DNA from: a virus
Taxonomy: Duplodnaviria; Caudoviricetes
Length of the DNA: 64,000 nt
Direction: 5' to 3' (one strand)
IMG/VR virus record: IMGVR_UViG_3300025030_000095
Coordinates: 1,111 to 65,110 of that record
This document shows positions 17,802-27,395 of this stretch, in pieces; position 1 is the stretch's first letter, and every line of letters begins with the position of its first letter. The notes under the pieces were generated by a model. The model did not search any database, was not told the origin of the DNA, and saw only the letters and a program-made list of their open reading frames with translations. Made by a program: the position numbers and the translations under genes.

Positions 17802-17989
17802 TTTGACCACGCCTTTCGTTAATTTACGAAACTAGTTCTTCCTCCGCCATGTCCCGCATACACTGTAAAGATTGGCAACTTGTCCGAGGATTGGTTAAGA
17901 AAAATACGGGATGAATCTCCCACGTGTGCCTGGGTCGTGAGAACCGCACCCTACGCAATTCTCACCTTACTGCCCTACGCCCACCAAAA

Positions 17990-18730
17990 TTAAAACGGGC
18001 ATAATTCGAGTTTAATAGTCATCCCAACATCAGCAATCTCGACTTCCTTGTGAGTTAACTCTGAAATTTCACGAACCATTCTTTCCGAGTCTGAGTTACT
18101 ATCGGATAAGTGCAGGAGAACTATTTTATGAACACTCGACATATCATTCGCCGCCAAAAATTCCTTGACGTGCTCTAATGAGAAATGACTCCTTAATAAT
18201 CTATTCTTCATGCCCTGCGGTATATATCCAGCATCGATATTAGCGTCAAGCGAGTCCTTGCAGTAATTACACTCGACCAAGATGTAATTTAAGCTGGCAA
18301 AACGATGTCTAATATAGTACGTATCAGTTGCGAATAATAACTTCTCTCCAGTTGACTTATATTTGATCAAAAACCCCAACGGTTCAGAACAGTCATGCTC
18401 AGCCGTAAATGGTAAAACTATGAAATCACCCAACGTAAACTGACTCCCGGTACATACCGTGAATAGTCGATGACCGCTTAATCCGAGCGCCTTCGCTGTT
18501 CCGTTGCTCGTATAGACATCTATTCCGGCCTTCATAATATCCTCCACGCACTTGCAATGATCTTGATGTTCATGAGTAATTATGCATCCCTGAACACTTG
18601 CCAGATCAAAACATAGACCCTTCTGAATATCCTTAAACCTAACCCCGCATTCTAGAATCAGTGTCCCTGTTGGTGTTTGCAGGAGGTAGCAATTTCCACT
18701 CGAACTACTACCTAGGATTTTAAGCTTCAT
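17990..18730 (-). CDS. metallo-beta-lactamase-fold nuclease
   Basis: LGSSSSGNCY, THEHQDH, LLHLSD; adjacent to recT. Confidence 0.92.
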   Translation of the reverse strand: MKLKILGSSSSGNCYLLQTPTGTLILECGVRFKDIQKGLCFDLASVQGCIITHEHQDHCKCVEDIMKAGIDVYTSNGTAKALGLSGHRLFTVCTGSQFTLGDFIVLPFTAEHDCSEPLGFLIKYKSTGEKLLFATDTYYIRHRFASLNYILVECNYCKDSLDANIDAGYIPQGMKNRLLRSHFSLEHVKEFLAANDMSSVHKIVLLHLSDSNSDSERMVREISELTHKEVEIADVGMTIKLELCPF

Positions 18731-18731
18731 C

Positions 18732-19643
18732 CTAAAATCCTGGCCCATCATCCATTAGGGGAGCAGGGATCGCGGGAGGTTGTTTGGTAAACGTCGCCTG
18801 ATGATCAACGACAATATCTGAATTAATCTCTCCTGTTAAAAATTCGGGAGCAATATCAATCACATCACCGTTTGCATTCTCCGAAATTTCTAGTTCGACA
18901 CTTGCCTCAGTTACGCTGTCGCTAGTTTCATTGGCAAACTTTGAGACAATGCTGCGGTCATCAGACCCATTAATAACCATCTTGCACGCCTTATTTATGA
19001 CAGTCTTTAGGCACATATCGGCTGTAAACTTGTCGTGCGTACTTCCGGGTTTTACCTGACCGCTATCATTAACGGGATTCATTTTGCTTTGCTTCCATGC
19101 TTGCTTTATCTGTTCAAATGTCATTATGGTTGACTCTTCTTTTCCTGAGAAATACAGCAAAGTTGCATAAGCGGCAATTATTTTACTCTTGTTCACATTC
19201 TCAATCTTCTGAGTATGCCTAGTTACAACATTTTTTCCTCGAACTTTGCTATATTCGAAATCGTCACCATCGTACACAACATCACCGAATATATCTTCAA
19301 TATCCTCGTTGACCGATTTAGCGACAACCATGCTCCCGAAATAAGAACGCTGCATGAGTAACTTTTGACCATACGCAATGAAGTAGCATTGCTTTTTGTC
19401 GGGATTAAGTCCCTGTACAACCATACTTAGAAGGGAATTTGCGATACTATCCTTAGTGCAACTTTCAAGCACAGGTTTACCATCTCGATTGGTTGTTTCC
19501 TGCATTATCAACCACGCAGACTTCAGCGCGTTTTCGGGGATATAATTTGTAGGAAAAACCAATTCTCCGCTACCCTGAAAAAACTTAACCCGCTCAGCTA
19601 CAAAATCTACGGTTTCCTTTTTGATTGTTAGTGCGTTTGACAT
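18732..19643 (-). CDS. recT: RecT-family single-strand annealing recombinase
   Basis: GLNPDKKQCYFIAYG, QRSYFG, MCLKTVI. Confidence 0.9.
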   Translation of the reverse strand: MSNALTIKKETVDFVAERVKFFQGSGELVFPTNYIPENALKSAWLIMQETTNRDGKPVLESCTKDSIANSLLSMVVQGLNPDKKQCYFIAYGQKLLMQRSYFGSMVVAKSVNEDIEDIFGDVVYDGDDFEYSKVRGKNVVTRHTQKIENVNKSKIIAAYATLLYFSGKEESTIMTFEQIKQAWKQSKMNPVNDSGQVKPGSTHDKFTADMCLKTVINKACKMVINGSDDRSIVSKFANETSDSVTEASVELEISENANGDVIDIAPEFLTGEINSDIVVDHQATFTKQPPAIPAPLMDDGPGF

Positions 19644-21740
19644 TTACACTAATACCTCCACTCTCAATTTACTATTCCTCTCATCCCAATCCTTCTTAGC
19701 CGGATACATACCTCCGTATTTGTCGGTAAGTGATTCTATTACAACCTCATCCAATTGATCGAATGAAGGAGGTACGATAAGCTTAATGAGTTGAGCTTTC
19801 GTTTCAACGAAACTTGTCACGGACTCCGCATTATCCACAAACAATGGCAACGAAGCCCCATAGTATTCAGACAGGAAATTAATTATATCCAGCCCAGCGT
19901 TAATTTTTCCCCCATTATTCGCCCCATCAAACTCAACCCACGCACCGTTGGTATTAACTAGCGTCCGGCATATTTCTTTCTCGGTTCCATCATTCAGAGT
20001 GTCGAACATCTTAAATCTAACCGTTTTAAACCTTTTGTTAATGGAATCCTCAAGCATCTTCGCCTTGGCGCTTGTGAATTGCTTAATTAAGTAGTCATGG
20101 AACTCGTGAGAGCTAATTTCCCTAGCTAGATCACTTTCCTCGATCCTTAGTTCATCTACTCTTGCCTTTGCCTTCTTGACAATATCCTGATTATTCAAGG
20201 TTCTATTTAGAGAGTTGATCTGATCCATAACAATATTCTTTTGGTTAATAAGCTCGGTTGTCGTGTCAGCGATAGGTTTGCTTAGCTCCGACATCAGTGT
20301 TTGGTATTCCACGTTGAGTAAGGAGTACTTGGTATCCGCATCATAATTCACAACAGTAGATGTGCCGCGAATAGCTTCGATCTCATTTTCAAGCTCAGCC
20401 AATCTGATCTCCACCTGTTTTAATTCGGAATCATGAGTATTGAGAGAAGCACCTGACTCGTTCTGCTCGTAAACTAACCTTGACAATTCCTCTGATAACT
20501 CCTTGCCCTGCGCGCTTATCGCTACAAGAATTTGCCTCTTTGCCTTCTCGAAATTGTCTCTCATCCGAACAAGTTTGTGTTCCCTTTTATCCTCCGGTAA
20601 TGATTGCTCGCATGTTGGGCATGTAAAGCTATCCAGTCTTGGCTCAATGAATTGCTTGGCATCTTCTTCTTTCCATGATGCCCGAAGTTCAGCTAGTTTG
20701 GCATCAATTCTGTTGTATTCAATAACTCTCGACTCGGATTGACTATTAATCCTCGAAATATACGCACCTATGCGATATTTTTCGCTTTCCAAAAACGACT
20801 TCTCGTCAATTAACTTCTTGAATACAGCACCAGACTCGGCCTCTAATTTACCCTTGCGAACGTCAATTTCAGACCGTAATCCAAACGCTTTCTGCTGCTT
20901 CTGGCGATACAAATTAGCAACATTGGCACTCGTGGACAGTCTTATCTCTATGTCCAGTAATGCACTTTTTTGAACAGCTACGGACTCTTCTACGGCTACA
21001 TAATCCACTCCATCATCAACTATCGACCTCAGCTGCTCGTTAATTCGTGCAGGGATTGATTCGATCTTAGATTTGCATTGCTTAATCGCCTCAGCGATAA
21101 CCCTCTTGTGATTCTCAATCGTTCTCCCTGAGTTAATAACCATCTGAAGATCCAGCATGCTTTTATCCGTTACAGTCACACATGAATCAATAACATCCGA
21201 ATCGGATACGTCACCACATATCCCAAACAGTATCTTGCGCCGATCTTGCCATCCGAATCCCTTGTCGTTGGTATTAAAAAATAACGGATTAGTAAGTAAC
21301 TTAAAGATGTTTTCATTAATAATCGTATTGATTTCGATGATATATTCCTTAGCTTTAACCGGAACATCATTCACCCAATAGGATGTTTCATTGCCAGCGA
21401 ATTCCTTTGTTTGTAATCCTCGCTTACTTACCCATTTTTCAGACAGCATTCGCTTGAGCTTCAGGGTTTTACTATCAACAGACAAGATACCCTCAACAAT
21501 CGACTCAAGATTATGACGCTCGTTACCACTTTCATCCTGAGGCTTAATCTGGTAATCCGTCCTATTTAGCGAGTCCCGACCGAATAATAGCCATAAAAAC
21601 GAGTCATACAAGGTTGTTTTAGATGTGGCATTGCGTCCGAATATGTCAGCGTTTTTACCGTCAAGTATGAGCGTAAAATCCGTCACGCCTTTAAAGTTAG
21701 AAATACGAAGTGAGTGCAGAAGTATTTTAACTTTATCCAC
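19644..21740 (-). CDS. SMC/Rad50-like coiled-coil ATPase
   Basis: NFKG, GRNATSKTT Walker A, CPTC hook, LFVDNAES Walker B. Confidence 0.88.
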   Translation of the reverse strand: MDKVKILLHSLRISNFKGVTDFTLILDGKNADIFGRNATSKTTLYDSFLWLLFGRDSLNRTDYQIKPQDESGNERHNLESIVEGILSVDSKTLKLKRMLSEKWVSKRGLQTKEFAGNETSYWVNDVPVKAKEYIIEINTIINENIFKLLTNPLFFNTNDKGFGWQDRRKILFGICGDVSDSDVIDSCVTVTDKSMLDLQMVINSGRTIENHKRVIAEAIKQCKSKIESIPARINEQLRSIVDDGVDYVAVEESVAVQKSALLDIEIRLSTSANVANLYRQKQQKAFGLRSEIDVRKGKLEAESGAVFKKLIDEKSFLESEKYRIGAYISRINSQSESRVIEYNRIDAKLAELRASWKEEDAKQFIEPRLDSFTCPTCEQSLPEDKREHKLVRMRDNFEKAKRQILVAISAQGKELSEELSRLVYEQNESGASLNTHDSELKQVEIRLAELENEIEAIRGTSTVVNYDADTKYSLLNVEYQTLMSELSKPIADTTTELINQKNIVMDQINSLNRTLNNQDIVKKAKARVDELRIEESDLAREISSHEFHDYLIKQFTSAKAKMLEDSINKRFKTVRFKMFDTLNDGTEKEICRTLVNTNGAWVEFDGANNGGKINAGLDIINFLSEYYGASLPLFVDNAESVTSFVETKAQLIKLIVPPSFDQLDEVVIESLTDKYGGMYPAKKDWDERNSKLRVEVLV

Positions 21741-21741
21741 A

Positions 21742-22077
21742 CTACACTACCCCCTTCACGAGTTCCACGAGGGCTAGATTAATACGAAGTTCGGTCTGCA
21801 AATTCGCCAGCGTCATCTTCATACTCTCCAAAAAATCCTCCGCCTCCGCTACATTCTGTCGCTCAACCACCGTGCATCCATGCATTTGCGCCGCCCTGAT
21901 CTCAGCATTCTTTCCGTCGATAACCCCGCCAGCAATAAGTTTGTTTTCCTCGATTTTAAGTTCATCCTTAGCAGTTAATAGTTCACGAGCTGCCATATAT
22001 ACTTGCTCGTTAGCGGTTGGTATTGATATCTTCAAATCCTTTAAGTCGGCGATTAAATTTTCACGCATTTTCAACAC
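21742..22077 (-). CDS. hypothetical protein (GKNAEIRAA motif)
   Basis: Common phage coiled-coil family upstream of the SMC-like gene. Confidence 0.65.
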   Translation of the reverse strand: MLKMRENLIADLKDLKISIPTANEQVYMAARELLTAKDELKIEENKLIAGGVIDGKNAEIRAAQMHGCTVVERQNVAEAEDFLESMKMTLANLQTELRINLALVELVKGVV

Positions 22078-22432
22078 ACTCCTTATTCCTTAAATTTTCT
22101 TCCTTTTCCAACACTTCTTCCGCCCAAACGCGGTCCACTAATGGTTCAACTCTTGAGAGATCTATGATAAACTTAGGTCGAATAATTTCCCCTACGGTCC
22201 CCTCTGGCAAGGGGGCCTTTTTCACGTCATCCGGATACTCCACATCCCAAGACAACGACTTATCATCCATTACATCATGCATCGTTTCAATGATCTCTCC
22301 GATCAAAACCACTGTTTCTTCCGAAGTAAAACCACACTTAAGGGCTCCGACTATTGCCCCGACTGCGTAAGGATGAAGATCCTTGCGCCCGACTGATCTT
22401 GCGTGATTAACCATTAAGTCCTTTACTTCCAC
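22061..22432 (-). CDS. hypothetical protein
   Basis: GGGAGG RBS before GTG. Confidence 0.6.
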   Translation of the reverse strand: MEVKDLMVNHARSVGRKDLHPYAVGAIVGALKCGFTSEETVVLIGEIIETMHDVMDDKSLSWDVEYPDDVKKAPLPEGTVGEIIRPKFIIDLSRVEPLVDRVWAEEVLEKEENLRNKECVENA

Positions 22433-22492
22433 GCTACATTCCTCCCAAATTCACAAAACGACGGAACGTTATTCCTGCATACCTGCCCCCTA

Positions 22493-22828
22493 CTACTCAA
22501 CCATCCTAATCCTTACAGCCTCGTCCAACGCCGCCAGAAACTCCCCGTTCGGCATGGGCCCTGTCCTTCCTAGCTCTTTGACCCATATCGCTTCATCTAC
22601 CGTCGCTTGGCTTACTGCGTGGCGAATACCTCTCTCAACGCGGCTGGCTATTTTCTCGTCGCACGATTTTCCAGCCTCTGGATAGAGCTCCTTGGTTATG
22701 CGATAGATGGAGTTTGGATTTTCGCGAAGGTATTTAGTAGCCGAAATTATGAACCGATAACCTTTGATATGCGCTGGTATTCCGAGTTCGCGCAGGATAC
22801 TAATTGTTTCGAGTTCGAATTTATCCAA
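22493..22828 (-). CDS. Spo0A C-terminal DNA-binding domain protein (copy 2, no receiver)
   Basis: ELGIPAHIKGYRFI, ITKELYP, ASRVERGIRHAV, PNGEFLA; TTG start inferred from alignment with copy 1. Confidence 0.92.
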   Translation of the reverse strand: MDKFELETISILRELGIPAHIKGYRFIISATKYLRENPNSIYRITKELYPEAGKSCDEKIASRVERGIRHAVSQATVDEAIWVKELGRTGPMPNGEFLAALDEAVRIRMVE

Positions 22829-23219
22829 CCTGATCACCAACTCCTTTAATCCCTTTTTTGATCTCAAACAACTTGGCCCTAACCTCTATTTCCCTGATCA
22901 ATGCCGCTAAAAACTTTGTGTTTGTCAGATGCCCGGCTGTTCCAAGAATCCTATGCCACGTCACATCATCAGCCTTACTAGACCCTACTGCAGTCCTGAT
23001 TCCCTTTTCGATGCGACTCCCTCTGACATCCTCGCCGTGAATCTTGCTTACCCCTGGGTATAATTCTTTAGTCATGGCATTGATGGAGTCGGGGTTCTCC
23101 TTCAGGAATTTAACAGCAGTAATGATGTGTTGGTAGCCCTTAACATGTGTTGATATTCCAAGTTCGAGCAGGATGTCGATTAGTAGGGCGTTGATTATTT
23201 TTAGTTCGTATTTATCCAT
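22821..23219 (-). CDS. Spo0A C-terminal DNA-binding domain protein (copy 1, no receiver)
   Basis: ELGISTHVKGYQHI, MTKELYP, GSRIEKGIRTAV, TNTKFLA. Confidence 0.9.
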   Translation of the reverse strand: MDKYELKIINALLIDILLELGISTHVKGYQHIITAVKFLKENPDSINAMTKELYPGVSKIHGEDVRGSRIEKGIRTAVGSSKADDVTWHRILGTAGHLTNTKFLAALIREIEVRAKLFEIKKGIKGVGDQVG

Positions 23220-23234
23220 TTGCTTCTCCTTTCC

Positions 23235-23546
23235 TTATTTCAGCCATCCCCACTGAGTCGAATCCATGATCACTGGAGCAACATGCCTTTGCCTCATCAT
23301 CCTGCCATCCATATGATCCACTACAATCCCATCGTCAGATACGGTAGCCAACGTTCTGTGATCCGATTTTTCGGTACGGCTATCTCGCATGGTTTTACCC
23401 CAATCATCGCGGCTAATCTTCTCCCTTTGAATCAGTCGGTAAGCTTGCACTTCGCGCTTGATCCAATCGATTTTTAGCAGCCGCCGACGAACGAGTATGC
23501 CAATTCTTTTTAATAAGTAAGGGATTAGCTTCCTGCCTTTCGTCAT
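23235..23546 (-). CDS. hypothetical protein
   Basis: Coupled ORF in early operon. Confidence 0.5.
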   Translation of the reverse strand: MTKGRKLIPYLLKRIGILVRRRLLKIDWIKREVQAYRLIQREKISRDDWGKTMRDSRTEKSDHRTLATVSDDGIVVDHMDGRMMRQRHVAPVIMDSTQWGWLK

Positions 23547-23746
23547 TTCTTCCCAGCCTTTCTCCTCTTCCTAGTCTGTTTCTTAGGTCTTGCCACAAAT
23601 GGGGCAAATACAGATTGAGTGAACCAACAACCGCAGTTATCCACTTCCCAGACGGCTCCGCATCTACGGCAGACGGTTCGGACTTCACCTTCGGGAAACT
23701 TAGGCTTGTGACCACATGTGCAGGTTTGGAGTGATTGTTTGACCAT
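23543..23746 (-). CDS. small zinc-ribbon protein
   Basis: CTCGH...CRRCG; GGGAGG RBS. Confidence 0.65.
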   Translation of the reverse strand: MVKQSLQTCTCGHKPKFPEGEVRTVCRRCGAVWEVDNCGCWFTQSVFAPFVARPKKQTRKRRKAGKK

Positions 23747-23769
23747 AAAGCGTGCCTCCCCGATCCGTT

Positions 23770-24966
23770 TTATGCCTCAACTAAAGGCCTATACTCATCC
23801 TTACTCTTTCCAAAAGTCCAAGCAACGGCTGACCAAACATCTTTTATGTCAGATGGGATACATAAGGCATATTCGCGCCCGGTTGAGTGACAGGTTACCC
23901 CCACAAATTGCAAATACTCATTTGCTATGGAGTCTATTTCCCTTGTCCTCCACAGAACCGCTTCCTTGCGACTATCTCCAATCCCCACAATCCCACGATC
24001 AACCTCAATAACGTCCAAAAGTTTTATAAAGTCCGAGTCAAGCTTTTCCATCATTGCACGTCGTACTTCTGCATTTTCTTCACGCACTAGGTCTTCGCGG
24101 GTAAGTTGTTCTGGTGTTTCTACAATCTTTTGTGTAACCGATACACCATGCCAGAAATACTGTGCATATCCGTCCATCCAAAGGATTGCCGGTCCGTCTT
24201 CGCAATGCAAACGGTTAGACTCATCGCGCTTGATGTATTCAGGCCGACCACAAAGGATAGCGGCTCCCTTCAAAAAGATGGTGTAAAATATTCCGTTTTT
24301 AATGTGGCTCATATATTTAGTAAATCCGTCATGCTTCACAATCCCGATTCCGGAAAAATAATCATAAAAAGCTACCCATCCGTTGTCGGTCAAAACATTT
24401 TCTTCTGCCGGATAAAAATATTCTAATTCCTGATCCCTGACCTGACCCCCGACCTGATCCCAGACCTGATCCCAGACCTGATCCCTGACCTGATCCCAGA
24501 CCTGACCCCAGACCTGACCCCCGACCTGATCCCTGACCTGATCCAAGACCTGATCCCCGACCTGATCCCAGACCTGATCCCTGACCTGACCCCTGACCTG
24601 ATCCCCGACCTGATCCCAGACCTGATCCCAGACCTGATCCCAGACCTGATCCCTGACCTGATCCCAGACCTGATCCCAGACCTGATCCCTGACCTGACCC
24701 CTGACCTGATCCCCGACCTGACCCCCGACCTGATCCCTGACCTGACCTTTTAAAAAATTAGCACCTATTTGACAACCTCTTGGGCTATCTAGGATTATAA
24801 TTAATGGTGCAGCCAATCCGGCAAGAGAATAGAGCCATTTCACATCTTCTATCGCTTTTTGTTTGTCGAGAGGCAGCTTGCTTTTAAAGACAAAATCAAG
24901 CCATTCTTCACGAACTTGGATCATTAACGCTTCCTGTTCTGGTAAAAGCTTTTCTAATTTAGCCAT
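23770..24966 (-). CDS. DUF6745-like protein with tetrapeptide repeat tract
   Basis: RLHCEDGPAILWMDGYAQYFWHGV, EENAEVRR, CHSTGREYAL, AVAWTFG; central [WRG][DG]QV repeats. Confidence 0.82.
   Translation of the reverse strand: MAKLEKLLPEQEALMIQVREEWLDFVFKSKLPLDKQKAIEDVKWLYSLAGLAAPLIIILDSPRGCQIGANFLKGQVRDQVGGQVGDQVRGQVRDQVWDQVWDQVRDQVWDQVWDQVWDQVGDQVRGQVRDQVWDQVGDQVLDQVRDQVGGQVWGQVWDQVRDQVWDQVWDQVGGQVRDQELEYFYPAEENVLTDNGWVAFYDYFSGIGIVKHDGFTKYMSHIKNGIFYTIFLKGAAILCGRPEYIKRDESNRLHCEDGPAILWMDGYAQYFWHGVSVTQKIVETPEQLTREDLVREENAEVRRAMMEKLDSDFIKLLDVIEVDRGIVGIGDSRKEAVLWRTREIDSIANEYLQFVGVTCHSTGREYALCIPSDIKDVWSAVAWTFGKSKDEYRPLVEA
24427..24750 (-). repeat. 12-bp tandem repeat, about 27 units
   Basis: Units (T/A/G)GG G(A/G)T CAG GTC on the coding strand, one TTG variant. 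Confidence 0.95.
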
Positions 24967-25268
24967 TAGTCAAGTACCTCCCGTGCAGCTTTTTCGTATG
25001 GATCATATTCGACCTGACGAGTCACGACATAGTTGCCCTCTGGTAAGGTAATAGTGTTATGTTCCTCATGCGTAACCGTTGCTGTATCCGAGGCTTGGAG
25101 GTAAATAGTACCCTCTTTTTCGAGAACCAATCCGCCATTTAAAATATGGGAATGACCTGTTGCTGTACCATTAAGGATAACGTTAGACTTGCGCTGAATT
25201 GCGCCCTCGGGAATTATATCGATGGATTCTAGAAGTAAATCACCGTGGCGATACATAAGATTTTTCAT
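24966..25268 (-). CDS. His-rich beta-strand partner of the DUF6745-like protein
   Basis: YRHGDLLL, GTATGHSH, VTHEEH, LPEGNYVVTRQVEY; stop overlaps the partner start. Confidence 0.78.
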   Translation of the reverse strand: MKNLMYRHGDLLLESIDIIPEGAIQRKSNVILNGTATGHSHILNGGLVLEKEGTIYLQASDTATVTHEEHNTITLPEGNYVVTRQVEYDPYEKAAREVLD

Positions 25269-25293
25269 AATTCATCCTCCACATTCTTTCTTC

Positions 25294-25521
25294 TTAAGCT
25301 ACCCGTCCCCTCTGAAGTGCCACGAAACAACCTAACGCGATGTCAACCGCTTCCTTGGTGCTTGTCCTTCGCTTAAATGCGACTCGATTGACCTTTACAT
25401 CTGTTCTGACCAGGTCTAAGACTGTGGCGAATTCGGAGTTTGATAGCGGGCCGGTGAATGATTCTAGGATTTTACGGAGCATTATTTTCACTCCCATTCC
25501 TTGGATTCTTTCATTAGCCAT
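25294..25521 (-). CDS. hypothetical protein
   Basis: ORF in early operon. Confidence 0.6.
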   Translation of the reverse strand: MANERIQGMGVKIMLRKILESFTGPLSNSEFATVLDLVRTDVKVNRVAFKRRTSTKEAVDIALGCFVALQRGRVA

Positions 25522-25700
25522 TCAAGGCAACATAAGCAACAATTACGAGTATCCGACTTATCGCATTCAATCTCGGCCATCCCCGTATCGTTGGGGCACA
25601 TTATGGTTACGGCCAGTTCCTCGATAGACATGTTTTTCAGTAATTCGAAGTTAGTTATTTGATTTCGCCTCCTCCCTACACAATCCTCAACGGACACCAT
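25488..25700 (-). CDS. hypothetical protein (TNFE..K.MS.EELA family); true start likely ATA near 25660
   Basis: GGAGGAGG RBS precedes ATA ACT AAC TTC. Confidence 0.55.
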   Translation of the reverse strand: MVSVEDCVGRRRNQITNFELLKNMSIEELAVTIMCPNDTGMAEIECDKSDTRNCCLCCLEWLMKESKEWE

Positions 25701-25718
25701 TCGGGGCTTGTCCTAGTG

Positions 25719-25808
25719 TTAACTGATGGCGGTAGCGAGATCTTGCTGGGTTATGCCCTTTTCGGATCTGAGTTGCTTGAGCGTTGTGCCGAATGAGTTT
25801 TTAGCCAT
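25719..25808 (-). pseudogene. truncated XRE-HTH gene
   Basis: MAKNSFGTTLKQLRSEKGITQQDLATAIS* stops before the recognition helix. Confidence 0.7.
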
Positions 25809-26196
25809 CTCCCTCTCCAAACATGCTCCCCTGACCTGCTAATTCCAGCAGTCTCGAAGTAACCTTCTTTCTTCCCTTGCGAAGACCAAGATACTTATTC
25901 CGGAGTTGAGCACCGACGCTCTTTAGTGCTTCCACATTGCTGGTCGTATCCACATTGACGTACTTTGATTCACCCTGATCCGTGCAGTTGTAACAGGTTC
26001 TATCTCCCTTGTCGTCCTTGAATTGAGCCATAACACGATGAGCCTTACGGCGTATTTCTCGTTCTCTGGATTCAAACGGATCAAACATGAAGTGCGGTCT
26101 TATCAAGTCCATTACTGCTTCTGTAGTTAATTCACCAAGCTCTTCCATGCGACTCAAGATTACCTCTCTTGCTTTCTTGTTTAATGCTTTACTCAT
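25801..26196 (-). CDS. hypothetical protein
   Basis: AAGGAG RBS, coupled to upstream gene. Confidence 0.7.
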   Translation of the reverse strand: MSKALNKKAREVILSRMEELGELTTEAVMDLIRPHFMFDPFESREREIRRKAHRVMAQFKDDKGDRTCYNCTDQGESKYVNVDTTSNVEALKSVGAQLRNKYLGLRKGRKKVTSRLLELAGQGSMFGEGDG

Positions 26197-26966
26197 TTGA
26201 CTAACTCCTTAAGAAATCTTTGAATCTTCAATAGCTTGGGAACGCTTTCGCTGATCTGATCAATGTAGGTTTGGATCATATCTGGTTCGTCCAGAAACTC
26301 TTTCAGCGCGTTAAGATGCTTGTCGTCTGCCGCCAGCACATCCACTTGGTAGAGTACTTTATTGAAGTTCTTGGCAACCTTCGCACAGAAATCAATGTAA
26401 TCGTTGTAGCCTGGTGTCCCGGGTTCCTCGGGTTGTGGTCCTTCTTCCTCGCGCTTCTTACGTTGCTGGGCTAGGTCGAGGACGCGTGACCGGGTCGGAA
26501 TGTCATCGTTTTCCCTAGCTTCAGCCTTAACCTGTTCGACTAGGTCTTTGTTGTCAGCTAGGGTTTCGAAACGTTTCTGCTGATCGGGTGAAAACCCTAA
26601 ATCCTTAACAATCTCGGATTTTGGTTTCCCTAACCTTGGTGCAGCTGTGCACTGAGGTTCTTTTTCAAAAGGTGCACTGCTGCGTTTTTTGAAATCCTGA
26701 CTTTTCCTATCACCGCCGGATTGGATGGGTATCTGCTTTAGCAATTCTCCCAGTCGGACTTCTGCGTCCAATAACGCCTCAGAGAGCATCTTCGCCTCTT
26801 CAAATTTTTGGTCCCTAACCCCTTGTGCAAGATTCAGTCTGTCAATTGCTCTTATCTCAGCCCTGACGGAAACGAGTTTTTCTCGACCAATTAGGATAAA
26901 GCCACTGATGTCCTCTAATGTTGCTGGGAGTTGGTTGTCCTTGGCGGTCAGACTGTTCATTAGCAC
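26193..26966 (-). CDS. phage protein with N-terminal domain often fused to phage DNA methylases
   Basis: AEVRLGELLKQIP, GGDRKS; no methyltransferase motif seen. Confidence 0.65.
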   Translation of the reverse strand: MLMNSLTAKDNQLPATLEDISGFILIGREKLVSVRAEIRAIDRLNLAQGVRDQKFEEAKMLSEALLDAEVRLGELLKQIPIQSGGDRKSQDFKKRSSAPFEKEPQCTAAPRLGKPKSEIVKDLGFSPDQQKRFETLADNKDLVEQVKAEARENDDIPTRSRVLDLAQQRKKREEEGPQPEEPGTPGYNDYIDFCAKVAKNFNKVLYQVDVLAADDKHLNALKEFLDEPDMIQTYIDQISESVPKLLKIQRFLKELVK

Positions 26967-26992
26967 ACTTCCTTAATTAACCTTTTCACTAA

Positions 26993-27184
26993 CTAGTCAC
27001 CAAGCAAATGCTTGGCCTCCTTCCATATTTCTGAATTTGCTAGACTTCGTGTTCCCCAAGCGCATAAGAGTCTTAGTGCATCATCTACCTTACCTAGATC
27101 AACAAGTTGAGAGAGTAAACCCGGCAACTCAGACCGGATTGATGCTTGGAACTGGATTTTTTCTTGAAGCGTCAGATTAATCAC
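26993..27184 (-). CDS. hypothetical protein
   Basis: Coupled to cro-like gene. Confidence 0.6.
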   Translation of the reverse strand: MINLTLQEKIQFQASIRSELPGLLSQLVDLGKVDDALRLLCAWGTRSLANSEIWKEAKHLLGD

Positions 27185-27387
27185 TCCTGCTTAAATAAAT
27201 AATCTAGATCAATCCCAAGTGCTTCCGCTACTCTTCTTAGTGCCTTAATGCTCGGCATAGCCTTGTCGTTCTCTATATCCGACAATGTGCTTTTGGCAAG
27301 ATTCGCACGCTCTCCAAGTTCTCCTAGGCTCCATCCTTTTAAGTTTCTGTATTTACGAACTTGGCTACCAATAGACAATGTTTTCAC
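27181..27387 (-). CDS. Cro-like XRE HTH regulator
   Basis: IGSQVRKYRNLKGWSLGELGERANLAKSTLSDIEND; divergent from cI. Confidence 0.9.
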   Translation of the reverse strand: MKTLSIGSQVRKYRNLKGWSLGELGERANLAKSTLSDIENDKAMPSIKALRRVAEALGIDLDYLFKQE

Positions 27388-27395
27388 CTCTTTCC

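Noticed and set aside
22449-22478. sigmaH promoter downstream of the Spo0A genes (GCAGGA...GAAT, minus strand)
   Set aside because: 20-nt spacing is too long and the -10 would abut the RBS
24427-24750. CRISPR array
   Set aside because: 12-bp units with no spacers, in frame within a CDS; no cas genes
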